Shown here: piece after piece, positions 42,261 to 57,114 of the stretch
Position numbering within the stretch: position 1 is the first letter of the stretch
Layout of the letters: the number at the start of each line of letters is the position of its first letter
Source: Eledone cirrhosa
Lineage: Eukaryota
Direction: 5' to 3'
NCBI GenBank assembly: GCA_964016885.1
Contig: OZ024742.1
Coordinates: forward strand, 343,542,001-343,606,000
Length of the DNA: 64,000 nt
The notes under the pieces: generated by a model
The model's database searches: none
Seen by the model: the letters and a program-made list of their open reading frames with translations, nothing else
What the model was told of the DNA's origin: nothing
Made by a program: the position numbers and the translations under genes

Positions 42261-43485
42261 CTAGCATTAAAGCCCGGCGTTGCTCGGGGTCATTAAGTTA
42301 CCAAAGTTAGGTTGCACCACCCATTTTATGGCAGCACTTTTTTGTCTGCCAGGCACTGGGTGAATGAATTGCAGACCTGGAAGCAGGAGCTGCGCCAGCA
42401 GTGACAATTGTAGTTTCGCCTATGGATATTATCTCTGTGCAAAAAAGTGTTGAAATTTATTGTTTCACAGTACTCGCGCAACACGCGCGTAGACGATGCC
42501 AGCAGAACGGCAGAGCTGCGATGGAGTTGTTCTGCATGGTTGTCTGTGTGTTTTCTAAATTTAAGACAGTAGGGAGGGTTGTGATATGAGGGAGAGTTAG
42601 CTGTTGTTTCTAGCAGGTTTAGTGACCTCATAGAGGATATGTGTTTTCTAAATTTAAGACAGTAGGGAGTGGTGTGATATGGAGGAGAGTTAGCTGCTGT
42701 TTCTAGCAGGTTTAGTGACCTCATAGAAGATATGTTTTCTAAATTTAAGACAGTAGGGATGGGTGTGATATGGGGGAGAGTTAGCTGCTGTTTCTAGCAG
42801 GTTTAGTAACCTCATAGAGGATATGTGTTTTCTAAATTTAAGACAGTAGGGAGTGGTGTGATATGGGGAGAGTTAGCTGCTGTTTCTAGCAGGTTTAGTG
42901 ACCTGATCCCATAGAAGATATGTTTTCTAAATTTAAGACAGTAGGGAGGGGTGTGGTATGGGGGAGAGTTAGCTGCTGTTTCTAGCAGGTTTAGTGACCT
43001 CATAGAGGATATTATTGTTTATCATTATCTATAAAAGGCAGTTGTTGTTGAAGTGAGTGTGTGTTTGTATGCGTTTGGAAAAGAGGTTTTAAAAAAGATT
43101 TATCGCTTGTTGTTGAATAAATGTATCTGTTGCTTTTGAATAATTGTCGTTTCGTATGAAATGTAATAATTTGAAGTATAAAAGAGAAAGTAGCAAAAAC
43201 GGACAGTATCACCATCAAGCTTGGAAAGAGAAAGTAGCAGAAAGTATGAAGTATAGATTTTGAATGGTAGTGGAAAGAGTTTAGCAGTTTAAATGACAGA
43301 GAAAAATCGTAAAATATTGAGTTTTATCTATTTTTTGCGTAATTGTGGGTGAAATTGAAAAATTTATCTGCGTCAAGACGCAATCGAAACTATTTCGAAT
43401 ACTGGATTGTAAATTTCAATTGAAGAAATTCTATATCGTAGATTTCTATAAGAAAGGAGCATGACCACACACTGAGCTTTATAGA
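42261..43485 (-). mobile_element. Non-autonomous Helitron
   Basis: Minus strand starts TC and ends with hairpin CCCGAGCAACGCCGGG then CTAG. Inserted between A and T with no TSD; PLE sequence resumes on both sides. Confidence 0.8.
42549..43011. repeat. Five tandem copies of a 91-95-bp unit inside the Helitron
   Basis: TTTTCTAAATTTAAGACAGTAGGGA recurs at 42551, 42644, 42735, 42828, 42923. Confidence 0.95.
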
Positions 43486-43750
43486 TTATGATACATACCC
43501 TTTTTAAAGACCCCCCCCCCCTGTATAGATAAGAAATGCATCATCTGTAAACTAAGCCCTCATAGTAACTGCAAAACTAGAAACATAGTATATAGCATAA
43601 GATGTACTGAAGGACAATGTAAAGATAAGAATATAGTGTACATAGGTGAGACAGATCGTAGTATAGAAGAACGATTAAATGAACACTAGCGAGAACTTCA
43701 AGATAGAAAAGATTCATCAGTACTCCACCAACATGCTAAAATAGAACATA

Positions 43751-44160
43751 GAAACTGCTGAATAACAGAATTGAACGAACATTATTCTGCCGTCACAGAA
43801 CTAAAACCCTTTTTTTCCCACTACAAGCCGAATATTACATAAAAGAGGGACATCCCCCAACTATATAAACCTTAATCTAGTTAGAAAAATATAAAAACAA
43901 TCTCTTCTCAACATATATTAATAACCTTAAATTACCATACTAATAATGAAAAGATATGCTGATGAGAATAGGTACAAATATGCGATAATGAATGTGTCTA
44001 AAAACGTCCATAAGTATGTATATATATGTGAAAATGTATATAAATAAGTAAATATATATATATGTTTGATGTGTATAGTTAGATGTAAGTGTATTCATGT
44101 ATTAAAGTGCTTATATATATATATATATGTATATGTGTGTATATGTATGTGTATGTATAT

Positions 44161-44194
<34 letters not shown>

Positions 44195-44889
44195 GTATGT
44201 ATATATGAGTATATGGATGTGTAAGTATGTGTATGTGTGTACACATGGACTAGAGTATGTATGTATATATGTGTGTGTCTATACGTGTGTATATAAAGAT
44301 AAGTTGAGTATGAAAACGTATACACATGAGCGCGTATGTATGTACATGAATACATGCATGTGTATATATATGTAAGTATGAATATGTGAATTGTGAGTAT
44401 ATGTATTTTGTAGAGGTGTGCAAATATATTTGTGTGTGAATGCGTGGGTGAAAGGATACGTACACTTGAAAGAAAAATTTAAGTCTGAATGTTAATTAAG
44501 TGCAAACACAAAACCAACCACGCATATCTTTACTATCTCTAATCCTTCTATAAATTTAGAAAAATAACCAATAATATATTCTATAAAAAATGTCAAAACA
44601 ACAGATGGGAATCTAATTACTCACTGCCACCAAGAATTCTCACTGCTATCGAAAAACCACTCCTTCAACTATTCTTCTAACAACTTCACCCCTCCCTCCT
44701 AATATTCTCTATAAAAACTAAACAGGTCCTCAGTAATATTATTCTGATGAAATGACAGTAAATAATAACATTGAAATATTGAATGTCTGCATAACTAAAA
44801 GTTTGTAGATAGCTGTTTTAGGTTATGTAACTGTTATAGAAACACGTGTCAATAAATTCCTTTCAACTAAACTGTATCCATTCAAATCT

Positions 44890-44895
<6 letters not shown>
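43751..44895 (+). mobile_element. 3' end of another Naiad-like PLE (C-terminal peptide, 3' UTR, hammerhead)
   Basis: LLNNRIERTLFCRHRTK resembles the LLNK...CxH terminus of the 827-aa ORF; ends in (TA)n. Confidence 0.6.
44739..44855 (+). ncRNA. Minimal hammerhead, canonical core, extended helix II
   Basis: UUAUU-CUGAUGA-AAUGACAGU...ACUGUUAUA-GAAA-CACGUG-UC^AAUAA. Confidence 0.8.
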
Positions 44896-44968
<73 letters not shown>

Positions 44969-44987
44969 TATATATGTATATATATAT

Positions 44988-45143
44988 ATTGTTATACTTT
45001 GGGAGGGTCATGTTGCCAACACGATTTCAGATAAAGAATCTTGCTAAACAAATTCAGAAACGAAATATATATATATATATATACACATATATATTCATAT
45101 ATATGTATATATATATATATATACATATATATTCATATATATG

Positions 45144-45197
<54 letters not shown>

Positions 45198-45792
45198 TAT
45201 ATATGTATATATATATATTTCGTTTCTGAATTTGTTTAGCAAGATTCTTTATCTGAAATCGTGTGTTGAAACCGATATTGTTATACTTTGGGAGGGTCAT
45301 GTTGCCAATAAGAAACACACGCACCAGTTGCTTTCACTTCAATTTATTATATATTTATAAATTTATAAATTTACAAATCTACAAACTTGTAAATTTCTGG
45401 TTGGTTGGTTGGTTCCACAACCAGATAGTTGTTTATATATAGTCATAGTCCTTTCGTCACACACTCTGTGACCTCTTCAGTGACTGGGGATTCCTTTCTT
45501 TGCTTCTGTGCCTTTCCTTTCTTCTATCCTACGCCATTTTGTGTAGGATAGAAGAAAGGAAAGGCACAGAAACAAAGAAAGGAATCCCCAGTCACTGAAG
45601 AGGTCACAGAGTGTGTGACGAAAGGACTATGACTATATATAAACAACTATCTGGTTGTGGAACCAACCAACCAACCAGAAATTTACAAGTTTGTAGATTT
45701 GTAAATTTATAAATTTAAAAATATATAATAAATTGAAGTGAAAGCAACTGGTGCGTGTGTTTCTTATTGGCAACATGACCCTCCCAAAGTAT

Positions 45793-45857
<65 letters not shown>

Positions 45858-46157
45858 TATATATGTATATATATATATATTTCGTTTCTGAATTTGTTTA
45901 GCAAGATTCTTTATCTGAAAACGTGTGTTGAAACCGATATTGTTATACTTGGGGGGGGGGGGGTCATGTTGCCAATAAGAAACACACGCACCAGTTGCTT
46001 TCACTTCAATTTATTATAATAAATTTATAAATTTAGGAATTTATAAATTTCCTGTTGGTTGGTTGGTTCCACAACCACATGGTTGTTTATATATTGTCAA
46101 AGTTCTTTCGTCACACATTCTGTGGCCTCTTCAGTGACTGAGGATTCTTTTCTTTGT
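44988..46157. mobile_element. Cluster of solo/fold-back pLTR fragments in (TA)n, including a roughly 520-bp near-perfect palindrome (45277-45800)
   Basis: Repeated TTGTTATACTTTGGGAGGGTCATGTTGCCAA in both orientations; palindrome centre near 45540. Confidence 0.85.
45590..45634 (+). ncRNA. 45-nt minimal hammerhead (copies at 41602-41644 -, 45441-45485 -, 46096-46139 -, 48729-48773 -, 50834-50878 +)
   Basis: AGUCA-CUGAAGA-G-GUCACA GAGUG UGUGAC-GAAA-GGAC-UA^UGACU; the 41.6-kb copy has CUGAUGA. Confidence 0.8.
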
Positions 46158-46197
<40 letters not shown>

Positions 46198-46308
46198 CAT
46201 ATATATGCATATATATGTATATATATATATATATACATATATATGAATATATATGTATATATATATATGTATATATATATATGTATATATATATGTATAT
46301 ATATATAC

Positions 46309-46339
<31 letters not shown>

Positions 46340-46593
46340 TACATATATATGTATATATATGTATATATATATATATACATATATACATATATATGTATGT
46401 ATATATATATATATATACATATATACATATATATGTATGTATATATATATATATATATATAATTATATATATATTTATATATATACATATATATGCATAT
46501 ATATGTATAAATATATATATATATATATATACATATATATGCATATATATGTATATATATATATTTATATGCATATATATGTATATATATATA

Positions 46594-47380
46594 TAAGGTA
46601 TATCCTAATGTTTGTTGAGTGAGTTGGTAGCCAGTCAGAGTTTAGCTTAAAGCTTTCTCTGTTAATGTATTGAATATTATACTCTTGATTTGGCCTGAGA
46701 TGAATATTTCCAGATACCTTTTAAGCGTAACTTTCCGTATTTATTATTACTATGAAATATTGATCGTTATTCTGGTATCATATCTCTGTTTTTAGCCTAA
46801 GAAAATACCTATATGCGTGTATAAATAATACATGCATACAATTATTTTAAAAAAAATCTAATTGTTGAAAAAATTAATTGACCCGCGTGTAAATTATTAT
46901 TTTATTTTCTTGTGTTTCGCGATGACCTCCCCTTTCCGCTTCATGACGCTGTGAGATTCCTCATTCTGAGACTGCTGGAATTTCAAATTTGGCGGTCATT
47001 CTGATGCGGAGGGAGACCATCGCTGACATGGGATTAAACATCGGTAAGTGACTTTTTTTTATATCGATTTTTGACGGGCATCCACTGATGATTTATAAGT
47101 GCCCACCTGCATATATTCTTACGGAATGTGTGCAGGCTTCTATATAACCCGAACACATTCTCCCAACTTGTAGAAAAATTATAATGAAACAATTGTTTGG
47201 AAAGGGAGATATATTTTAATTATGTCTCATATAAAATGATACAACTGGCTTTCCGCAAAATACATATAGTTAGCACCCCAAACGTAAAATTGGGATTATA
47301 CTAAGGTATATCCTAATGTTTGTTGAGTGAGTTGGTAGCCAGTCAGAGTATAGCTTAAAGCTTTCTCTGTTAATGTATTG
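46594..47380 (+). mobile_element. Non-coding 708-bp unit with 79-bp terminal direct repeat and internal hammerhead (retrozyme-like or solo pLTR)
   Basis: 46594-46672 is repeated at 47302-47380. No internal ORF in the track; (TA)n on both sides. Confidence 0.7.
47081..47201 (+). ncRNA. Minimal hammerhead, canonical core, large helix-II insert
   Basis: UCCA-CUGAUGA-UUUAUAA...UUAUAAU-GAAA-CAAUUG-UU^UGGA; insert hairpin CCUGCAUAUAUUC/GAAUGUGUGCAGG. Confidence 0.8.
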
Positions 47381-47399
47381 TATATATATATATATATGA

Positions 47400-48559
47400 T
47401 ATATAAGAACAAAAGATGGTTAAAGGAGTTCCATGTATTTTATTATGCGCATTTCAAAAACAAATATCATCATGCAATAATATTTGTGTTTTCATCAGAT
47501 AAAACAGGAGAACATGATATGAAGGCTAAAAAACACTTGTGGATAGTTCAGTTTTAAATCAACATATGAGAAGTAGTTTTAGATTGATGTGTGATATTGG
47601 GAAAAATATTTTATTTAGAGGGGTGTGTGTGTGTGGAAAGTATGAAAAAAAGAGGAGGAGATGAGAGTGAAGGTGGAGAGGGAGGAGTATAATGAGGAAG
47701 GATGAGATAGGAGGAGAGATGGTTGATAGAGAGAGAGAGATAGTTTTTATAACTGTAACTGTGAAAGATATATTGTTTTACATAGAGAGGTTGAAAACCG
47801 TTGGAAGATAATGTATAAATTAAAAAAATTTGAAAATTAACGAAGGGAAAAATATGTGCGAAGAAGGAGAGGGAGTTAATATGTATTGAGAATAATGAGT
47901 TTGATGATAGAGAGAAGAGAATAATGAATTGCGGATGAATATTCTAACGTCAAAAAAAATGTATATGTTTACGAAGGATTTTTTATAAGGTGATATAGAG
48001 TAAGAATGTGTTGTATTATGTAATAATTGATTCTATGTTAGGCAAGAGTGAGAAAATGTACAGATTAGGGGTTAGATATTAGAAGAGAGGAAAAGGAAGT
48101 GATAAATATGGGTGGTGTAGAAAGAGTCAACAAGTATTATGGAAATTTGAAAATTAACGAAGAGAAAGAAAATGTAAGGTTAAGGTTTGTATATTGAAGG
48201 ATTTGAGAAAAATAATGTGAAGTTAAGGTTTGTATATTGAAGGAATTGATAATATGTGCGAAGAAAAAGAAAATGTTAATATGTATTGAGAATGAGTTAG
48301 ATGATAGGGAGAAAAAAATAATGAATTAAGGATGAATAATCTAGCGTCAAAACAAATGTATATGTTTACGAAGGATTTTACAAGGTGATATAGAGTAAGG
48401 GTAATGAGTAAACAAGTATTATAGAATGTATAATATCCTTTGAAATAAGGTAGGAAGATGGGTATATTTTTAAAAGAGGTGTATGTATATGTGCCTTTGA
48501 GAAAAAGATTCTAAATTGATAAAGAATTGAATATTAGCTGTATTCAGCTAATATTCAAT
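47400..48559 (-). mobile_element. Probable PLE 3' UTR/pLTR remnant capped by a 15-bp-arm hairpin
   Basis: Hammerhead near its 3' end, internal duplication (about 47825-48000 vs 48145-48400), perfect hairpin at 48526-48559. Confidence 0.5.
47438..47504 (-). ncRNA. Minimal hammerhead, canonical core
   Basis: UUUUAU-CUGAUGA-AAACACAAAUAUU...GAUAUUUGUUUUU-GAAA-UGCGCA-UA^AUAAAA. Confidence 0.85.
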
Positions 48560-48564
48560 AGAGA

Positions 48565-51975
<3,411 letters not shown>

Positions 51976-51986
51976 AAATTTGAAAG

Positions 51987-52181
51987 TTAAATATTGATTG
52001 ATTTAGTTTCTTCTGAGTTTTTACTCTTCTTTTTCTTATCTTTTTTTAACCAAGCTTCCACATCAGCGATAGTCTGTGGCAACTGCCTTCCACGACTTTC
52101 TGGTAACATCAGCAGAAGTATGTTGGCCAGAAGACATCCAGCAGCGAATATAACAGCAGGTCCCCATGGAATTATTTGAAC
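51987..52181 (-). CDS. SLC22/organic cation transporter-like MFS protein, terminal coding exon
   Basis: [42 protein letters not shown] matches the TM12 + LPETKG.LP.T motif. AG acceptor, phase 0, TAA stop. Confidence 0.9.
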   Translation of the reverse strand, partial: VQIIPWGPAVIFAAGCLLANILLLMLPESRGRQLPQTIADVEAWLKKDKKKKSKNSEETKSINI

Positions 52182-52299
52182 CTTAAACAAAAACATTAAA
52201 CAGCAATTAGGTAATTTAATTAATTAATTAATTAATTGACTAATTAATTAGATAAATAACAAAAGTTGATTGTGAAGAGTGGAAAGAAAATAAGTCGTT

Positions 52300-53700
52300 G
52301 TCGGTGGATTTGTAGTATCGGTAGAGGGTCGGTCACCATGCTTTCCAGCAAAGAGTTACGGCCCTTTATGATCTGAGTTCAAATCCTGCCAAGGTTAACT
52401 TTGCCTTTCATCCTTACGGGGGTCGATAAAATAAAGTACCAGTAATGCACTGGATAATTGCTGGCCTTGTGCCAAAAGTAGAACCAATTATTATTATCAT
52501 TACTAGCAGAAAAACCATCCTTCGAGTGGTTTTCTGTTAGCATGTGTAGTGTGCATATTAATATTATATGCAAATATATATGTATGTAGATATGATATGT
52601 AAAACAAATCGTAATTGACAATATGCACAGAAATTGAAGTGAGACTGTGTTACATTCTCTTTTGTAACCAGTAAAGTAATCCATGATACATTTAAAAAAG
52701 ATGATATTTTATATAAACATTACGGTGAAATGTTATGAAAGCTGAAAAGGAGAAAATGAAATTAGCGACGGAAATATAAACGATATGATATAATGATGAA
52801 TATATGTGAACGTTAATATATAAAGCGATGTGATATAACGATCAAATATAGCGTACGCCGAGGTGTTATGATATAATGAACACTAACGGAAGTGTTGACA
52901 TTCAAAAATGTTCAAAGAAGTGAATCTTGAAATAAGCAATACATTATATATCAGGATATTTTTGTTTAATCAAGAGCTAAGAAATTTAGTACATAAATTA
53001 CATAATATGAATTTATGATTTATTCAAAGTAATCCAATTTATTTTAATAACGTGTTCAGAAAAAACAAAAAGGACATAGTCTTGCAGTTTTCCAATCATT
53101 ATATATTACGGCCCTTTACGGTATGAGTTCAAATCCCGCCGAAGTTAACTTTGCCTTTCAACCTTATGGGGTTGATAAAATAAAGCACCAGTAATGCACT
53201 GGGATAATTGCTGGCCTTGTGCCAAGAGTAGAAACTACCGATACTTCGAATCCATTGCCCTGATTTAGCAGTGTCGGTAGAGCGTCGGACAACGGTTACA
53301 GCCCTTTGCGTTCTGAGTGCAAATCCTGCCGAGATTTGCTTTATTTTTCATCCTTTCGTGGTCGATAAAATATAGTACCAATCTCGAACTGGGGTCAATT
53401 TAATCGACATTCCCCTCCTACCAAATTGCTGGCCTTGTGCCTATAGTAGAAATTATTATCATTATTATTATGTCCCTACCTGGGCCCCTGGGCGGTGGAT
53501 TTGCTGTATCGGTAGAGCGTTGAACAATGGTTACGGCCCTTTGCGTTCTGAGTTCAGATCCTGCCGAGGTTAGCTTTGCCTTTCATCCTTACAGAGTCGA
53601 CGAAATAAAGAACCAGTAATGCACTGGGGTTGATTTAATCGACTTCTCCCTCTCCCAAAAATGTTTGTCTTGTATTAAATGTAGAAACAACTATTATATT
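52300..53700 (+). mobile_element. Four tandemly oriented tRNA-derived SINEs with Meta/MESC-like core (about 52300-52490, 53105-53235, 53265-53455, 53490-53700); more at 55225-55405 +, 56260-56340 -, 36900-36975 -
   Basis: A/B boxes (TCGGTAGAG, GAGTTCAAATCC) and shared core TTTGCCTTTCATCCTT..GGGGTCGATAAAATAAAGTACCAG. Confidence 0.85.
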
Positions 53701-54543
53701 CCTGTCTATGTCACTGTTTCTATAGCTCAGTATGGAGTGGTAGGGGCACCATTATCAAATACAGTGTCTTTCACCCTTTCCAGGTCGACCCCCCCCCCCA
53801 CTCTCTCTCTCAGTCACTTTCACTCTCTTTTTCTCAGGAGGAAAACAGCTGTGTCGTGATCTGGAGAAGAATGGGAACCACCAAATTTAAAATGGCCTAA
53901 ATATGCCGTGTTTCAGAAGGTACCACTATGACTCTTCCTTTCTTTTAATTTTATCAGCGCTGACCTGGATGTTAAACAACAACAACAACAACATCATAAC
54001 AGTTATCAAGATCATTACAACTAATAATAAAATTATATGTGATTAGTACAGTAGATAATTTCTTAAATAAAATGAAAATTAGTTTGTATTCGTCAAGGTT
54101 TGCCCGCCATGTCCTATCTTTTCCTATCTTTTCCTATTTATAAGTCCAAATCCTCGTCCTCCTAGGAGGTGGAACTAGAAGTAGGTGACTGTTGGGTCTG
54201 GGAAAAGTCCGATGTGACTTATGTTGCTTTGGCACTAACGTTAGCCATGGAGGCCGATGATCTGGGTCACCCCCGAAACTTGGCTGGTTAATGGAGCTTT
54301 GGTGAAGTTATGCTCAGTGGCAAATTAAGTTTAGGTGACTGAGTGACCTATACCCAGAGTTCCGACTATTATTAAAGGGTCCAAATTAATGATTTTGCTA
54401 CCAGGGGCCTCAAAGAAAATTTCAGCCAGAGACTCTCATGCAATTTTAATTGTGTTCTGGCCATGACAGGCATAGTAAACCGGTAGTGGATTTTATGTTG
54501 CGCAAAATAATCACAGAAAATTAGAAACTTCTTCAATACTTAC

Positions 54544-54616
54544 CAAAAATGCAGAAAATGGGGATAAGGTGCTGCCCACACGAGCAGCAGCCGATGCTAG
54601 GCCAAGTGCTGTATTC
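54544..54616 (-). CDS. SLC22-like transporter, penultimate coding exon (73 nt)
   Basis: (R)NTALGLASAAARVGSTLSPFSAFL. CTGTAG acceptor, GTAAGT donor; phase 2 to 0 fits its neighbours. Confidence 0.9.
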
Positions 54617-54689
54617 CTACAGGAAGTGAAATAGTAGTGTCTATTATATTAATGCTGTTGTATATTTCTAATATATTTAATACATAACA

Positions 54690-54890
54690 GAAAGCTAGAC
54701 AAGATAATTATAACAATATTAATGATGAGGTCAAAGAAAGTTTAAGATTGACACTAGAGCGATGACTTCACGCTGAAAGACCATAAGCGCAACTTTACTA
54801 ACAGGCCTAGCTGTAGATTGATATACTCTGCTAAAACAAAATTAGGACTAGCTAGTAAAAACATCTTATACAAGATTAATGTACGCATTA
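54690..54890 (+). pseudogene. Old Naiad-type RT fragment in an SLC22 intron
   Basis: FTLKDHKRNFTNRPSCRLIYSAKTKLGLASKNILYKIN aligns to FSLKDHKVDFISNPSIRLICPSRSDIGIISKKILDKII of the 827-aa ORF. Confidence 0.8.
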
Positions 54891-55429
54891 ATTTATTCGA
54901 TTTATTCGATTTTCTCAGCAAAGCATACACTTAAGTGTCGATGAGAGAACGAAGTAAATATAGACTATTGTATCTGATTAGACGAAAAGAAATATAATAT
55001 ATTATATTTTGTAGAATAAATTACCGAGCTAACTATTCCAGAGGCAATTTATGTTTGAAAAATAATAGCCAAATTTGTGTTACCATATTTAATAGGCAGC
55101 AAAAAAAAACAAAAAAAACACACACAAACAAATCTAACTAGTAATAATTATGCGATGTGGAAAAGACAGTATTGATCACTAACTTAACAGTACTTCACTC
55201 ATTATCTATGACTCATGAGTTGTGGATTGGCAGTATCGGCAGAGGGTCGGACGCCATGCTTTTTAGCACAGAGTTATGACCCTTTACGGTCTGAGTTCAA
55301 ATCCCGCCGAGGTTAACTTTGCCTTTCATCCTTACAAGGTCGATAAAATAAAGTACCAGTAATGTACTGGAACAATTGCTGGCCTTGTGCCAAAAGTAGA
55401 AACAATTATCTATGACTTATGAAACTCAC

Positions 55430-55550
55430 CTGTGATCAGTTGGTATTAATTCAGGAAGGTAACTCCACAGACCTGAAAATGCCCCAGATATACCGAACAT
55501 ACCAACAAAACTGGCAACAGAAATTAGTATACGGTAACTACTGCCTTCAC
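55430..55550 (-). CDS. SLC22-like transporter, internal coding exon (121 nt)
   Basis: EGSSYRILISVASFVGMFGISGAFSGLWSYLPELIPTDH(R) contains the ELxPTxxR motif. TTTCAG acceptor, GTGAGT donor. Confidence 0.9.
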
Positions 55551-55663
55551 CTGAAACATAAAAACTATATATGTTTAAAATTTGACATAATTAACACATT
55601 TGTAAAAAGATGCACGGACACCACTTTATCCAGGTATAAAAAGAAAAAAAAACAAGAAGAATG

Positions 55664-55694
<31 letters not shown>

Positions 55695-55869
55695 GTATCG
55701 CAACGATTCTCATCTAACACTCTAACGATTCCACAAAACTACAATAGAAGATATTTTATAGAAAGGCAAAGTTGAGCAGGATATGAGGGTGCAGAGAGCC
55801 AGAATAAGTGAAGCAGACATCTCAGGTTATAACACTGTCAAAGGAAGACCAAGAAACACCGGACTGGTC

Positions 55870-56210
55870 TCCCTCGTGACCTCTGGCGTACTTGGACCCC
55901 GTACTGCCGAGCTCCTCTGCATGATCAGAACATCAGCGGCCCGTCTGAGGAAGGAGCCCCGCGAGTTGGAGTGGCTGTTGCAGCGGGTGTCGCTGGCCAT
56001 TGTCCACTCAAACGCTTCCGTGGGCTTATCTGCGGCGTGCAGCCTCAATACCACTGCGCCCTTGGCCCAGAGCCCATCACCCTCCCTCTCCCCCTCTCAT
56101 ATTTCCGTGACACCAGAGCCCTTGCTCTTTCCTTCATTTTCCGTTTTTAGGTATCTGTAGTGTTGTTATTTGATATATATTTGTTTACGATTTTTTAAAA
56201 TTTTTATTAA
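55870..56210 (+). mobile_element. 3' tip of a second CRE-clade element
   Basis: TSGVLGP...PRELEWLLQRVSLAI parallels ETSGVFGP...RELEWLFQRVSLAF at 59.7 kb. Confidence 0.75.
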
Positions 56211-56432
56211 AACATAATTTACCAAGTATTACACAGTTTACTCAATGTCCATATAGTAGACTGGTACTTTATTTATCGACCTCGAAAGGCTGAATTACAA
56301 AGTTGATGTTCGTGGAGCCAGATCAAATCCTACAAACAGTTATACCCGACCTTTGAACTACTTCACCAATTCCTACAGTTCTTTTGTCCTCGTCTCTTTT
56401 ACAGTCTAGGGTTTTCCTTTATCTTTCTCACG

Positions 56433-56433
56433 T

Positions 56434-56478
<45 letters not shown>

Positions 56479-56691
56479 TTCTTTCTAACGCCCGCTCTCT
56501 CTCTCTATCTTACGCTCATTCCATCCTCTCTCTGTCTCTATCTTACGCTCTCACTCTCTCTCTTTCGCATCTTCTCTCTATCTTACACCCTCTCTCGCTC
56601 TCTCTCTTTCGCCTCCCCTCGCCTCCAGCTCTCTCTATCTCACTCCCTCTTTCCCATTCCCTCTCTTTCTTTTACGCTCTATCTCTTTCTC

Positions 56692-56724
<33 letters not shown>

Positions 56725-56829
56725 TACCCACCCTCTCTCTATCTATCATGCTCTCTCTATCGCACACACACACACACACTCTCTCTCTATTACACACACT
56801 CTCTCTCTCTCATCCACTCTCTCTCTATT

Positions 56830-56891
<62 letters not shown>

Positions 56892-56960
56892 TCTCTCTAT
56901 CGCATACACACTCTCTCTCTCTCACATATTCTGTCTCTCTCTATCTCACTCTCTCTTTCC
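56433..56960. repeat. (CT)n/(CA)n compound microsatellite
   Basis: Direct reading. Confidence 0.9.
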
Positions 56961-57114
56961 TAGCAAGAAATCGACGCTGTGCCGACCGGGAGATGGGTCA
57001 GCCTCTCCGGGTTTAAACAACTGATAAAAGGAATAACTGATCTCAGGTTGTGTTGTGATGTGTGAGATATATAGTTTGATGGCAAACAACGACATGAAAA
57101 TACTTTAGTTTACG

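Larger units (their letters stand above)
41386..43750. mobile_element. Older 5'-inverted PLE copy (same family as 48565-51022), split by a Helitron
   Basis: 41386-42048 is the minus-strand 3' end/pLTR. 42049-42260 plus 43486-43750 is the plus-strand thumb/GIY-YIG region (KIVERPGTS ... VYIGET). Confidence 0.85.

Noticed and set aside
52300-55405. tRNA genes
   Set aside because: The A/B boxes belong to SINE heads followed by a shared core; no complete cloverleaf.
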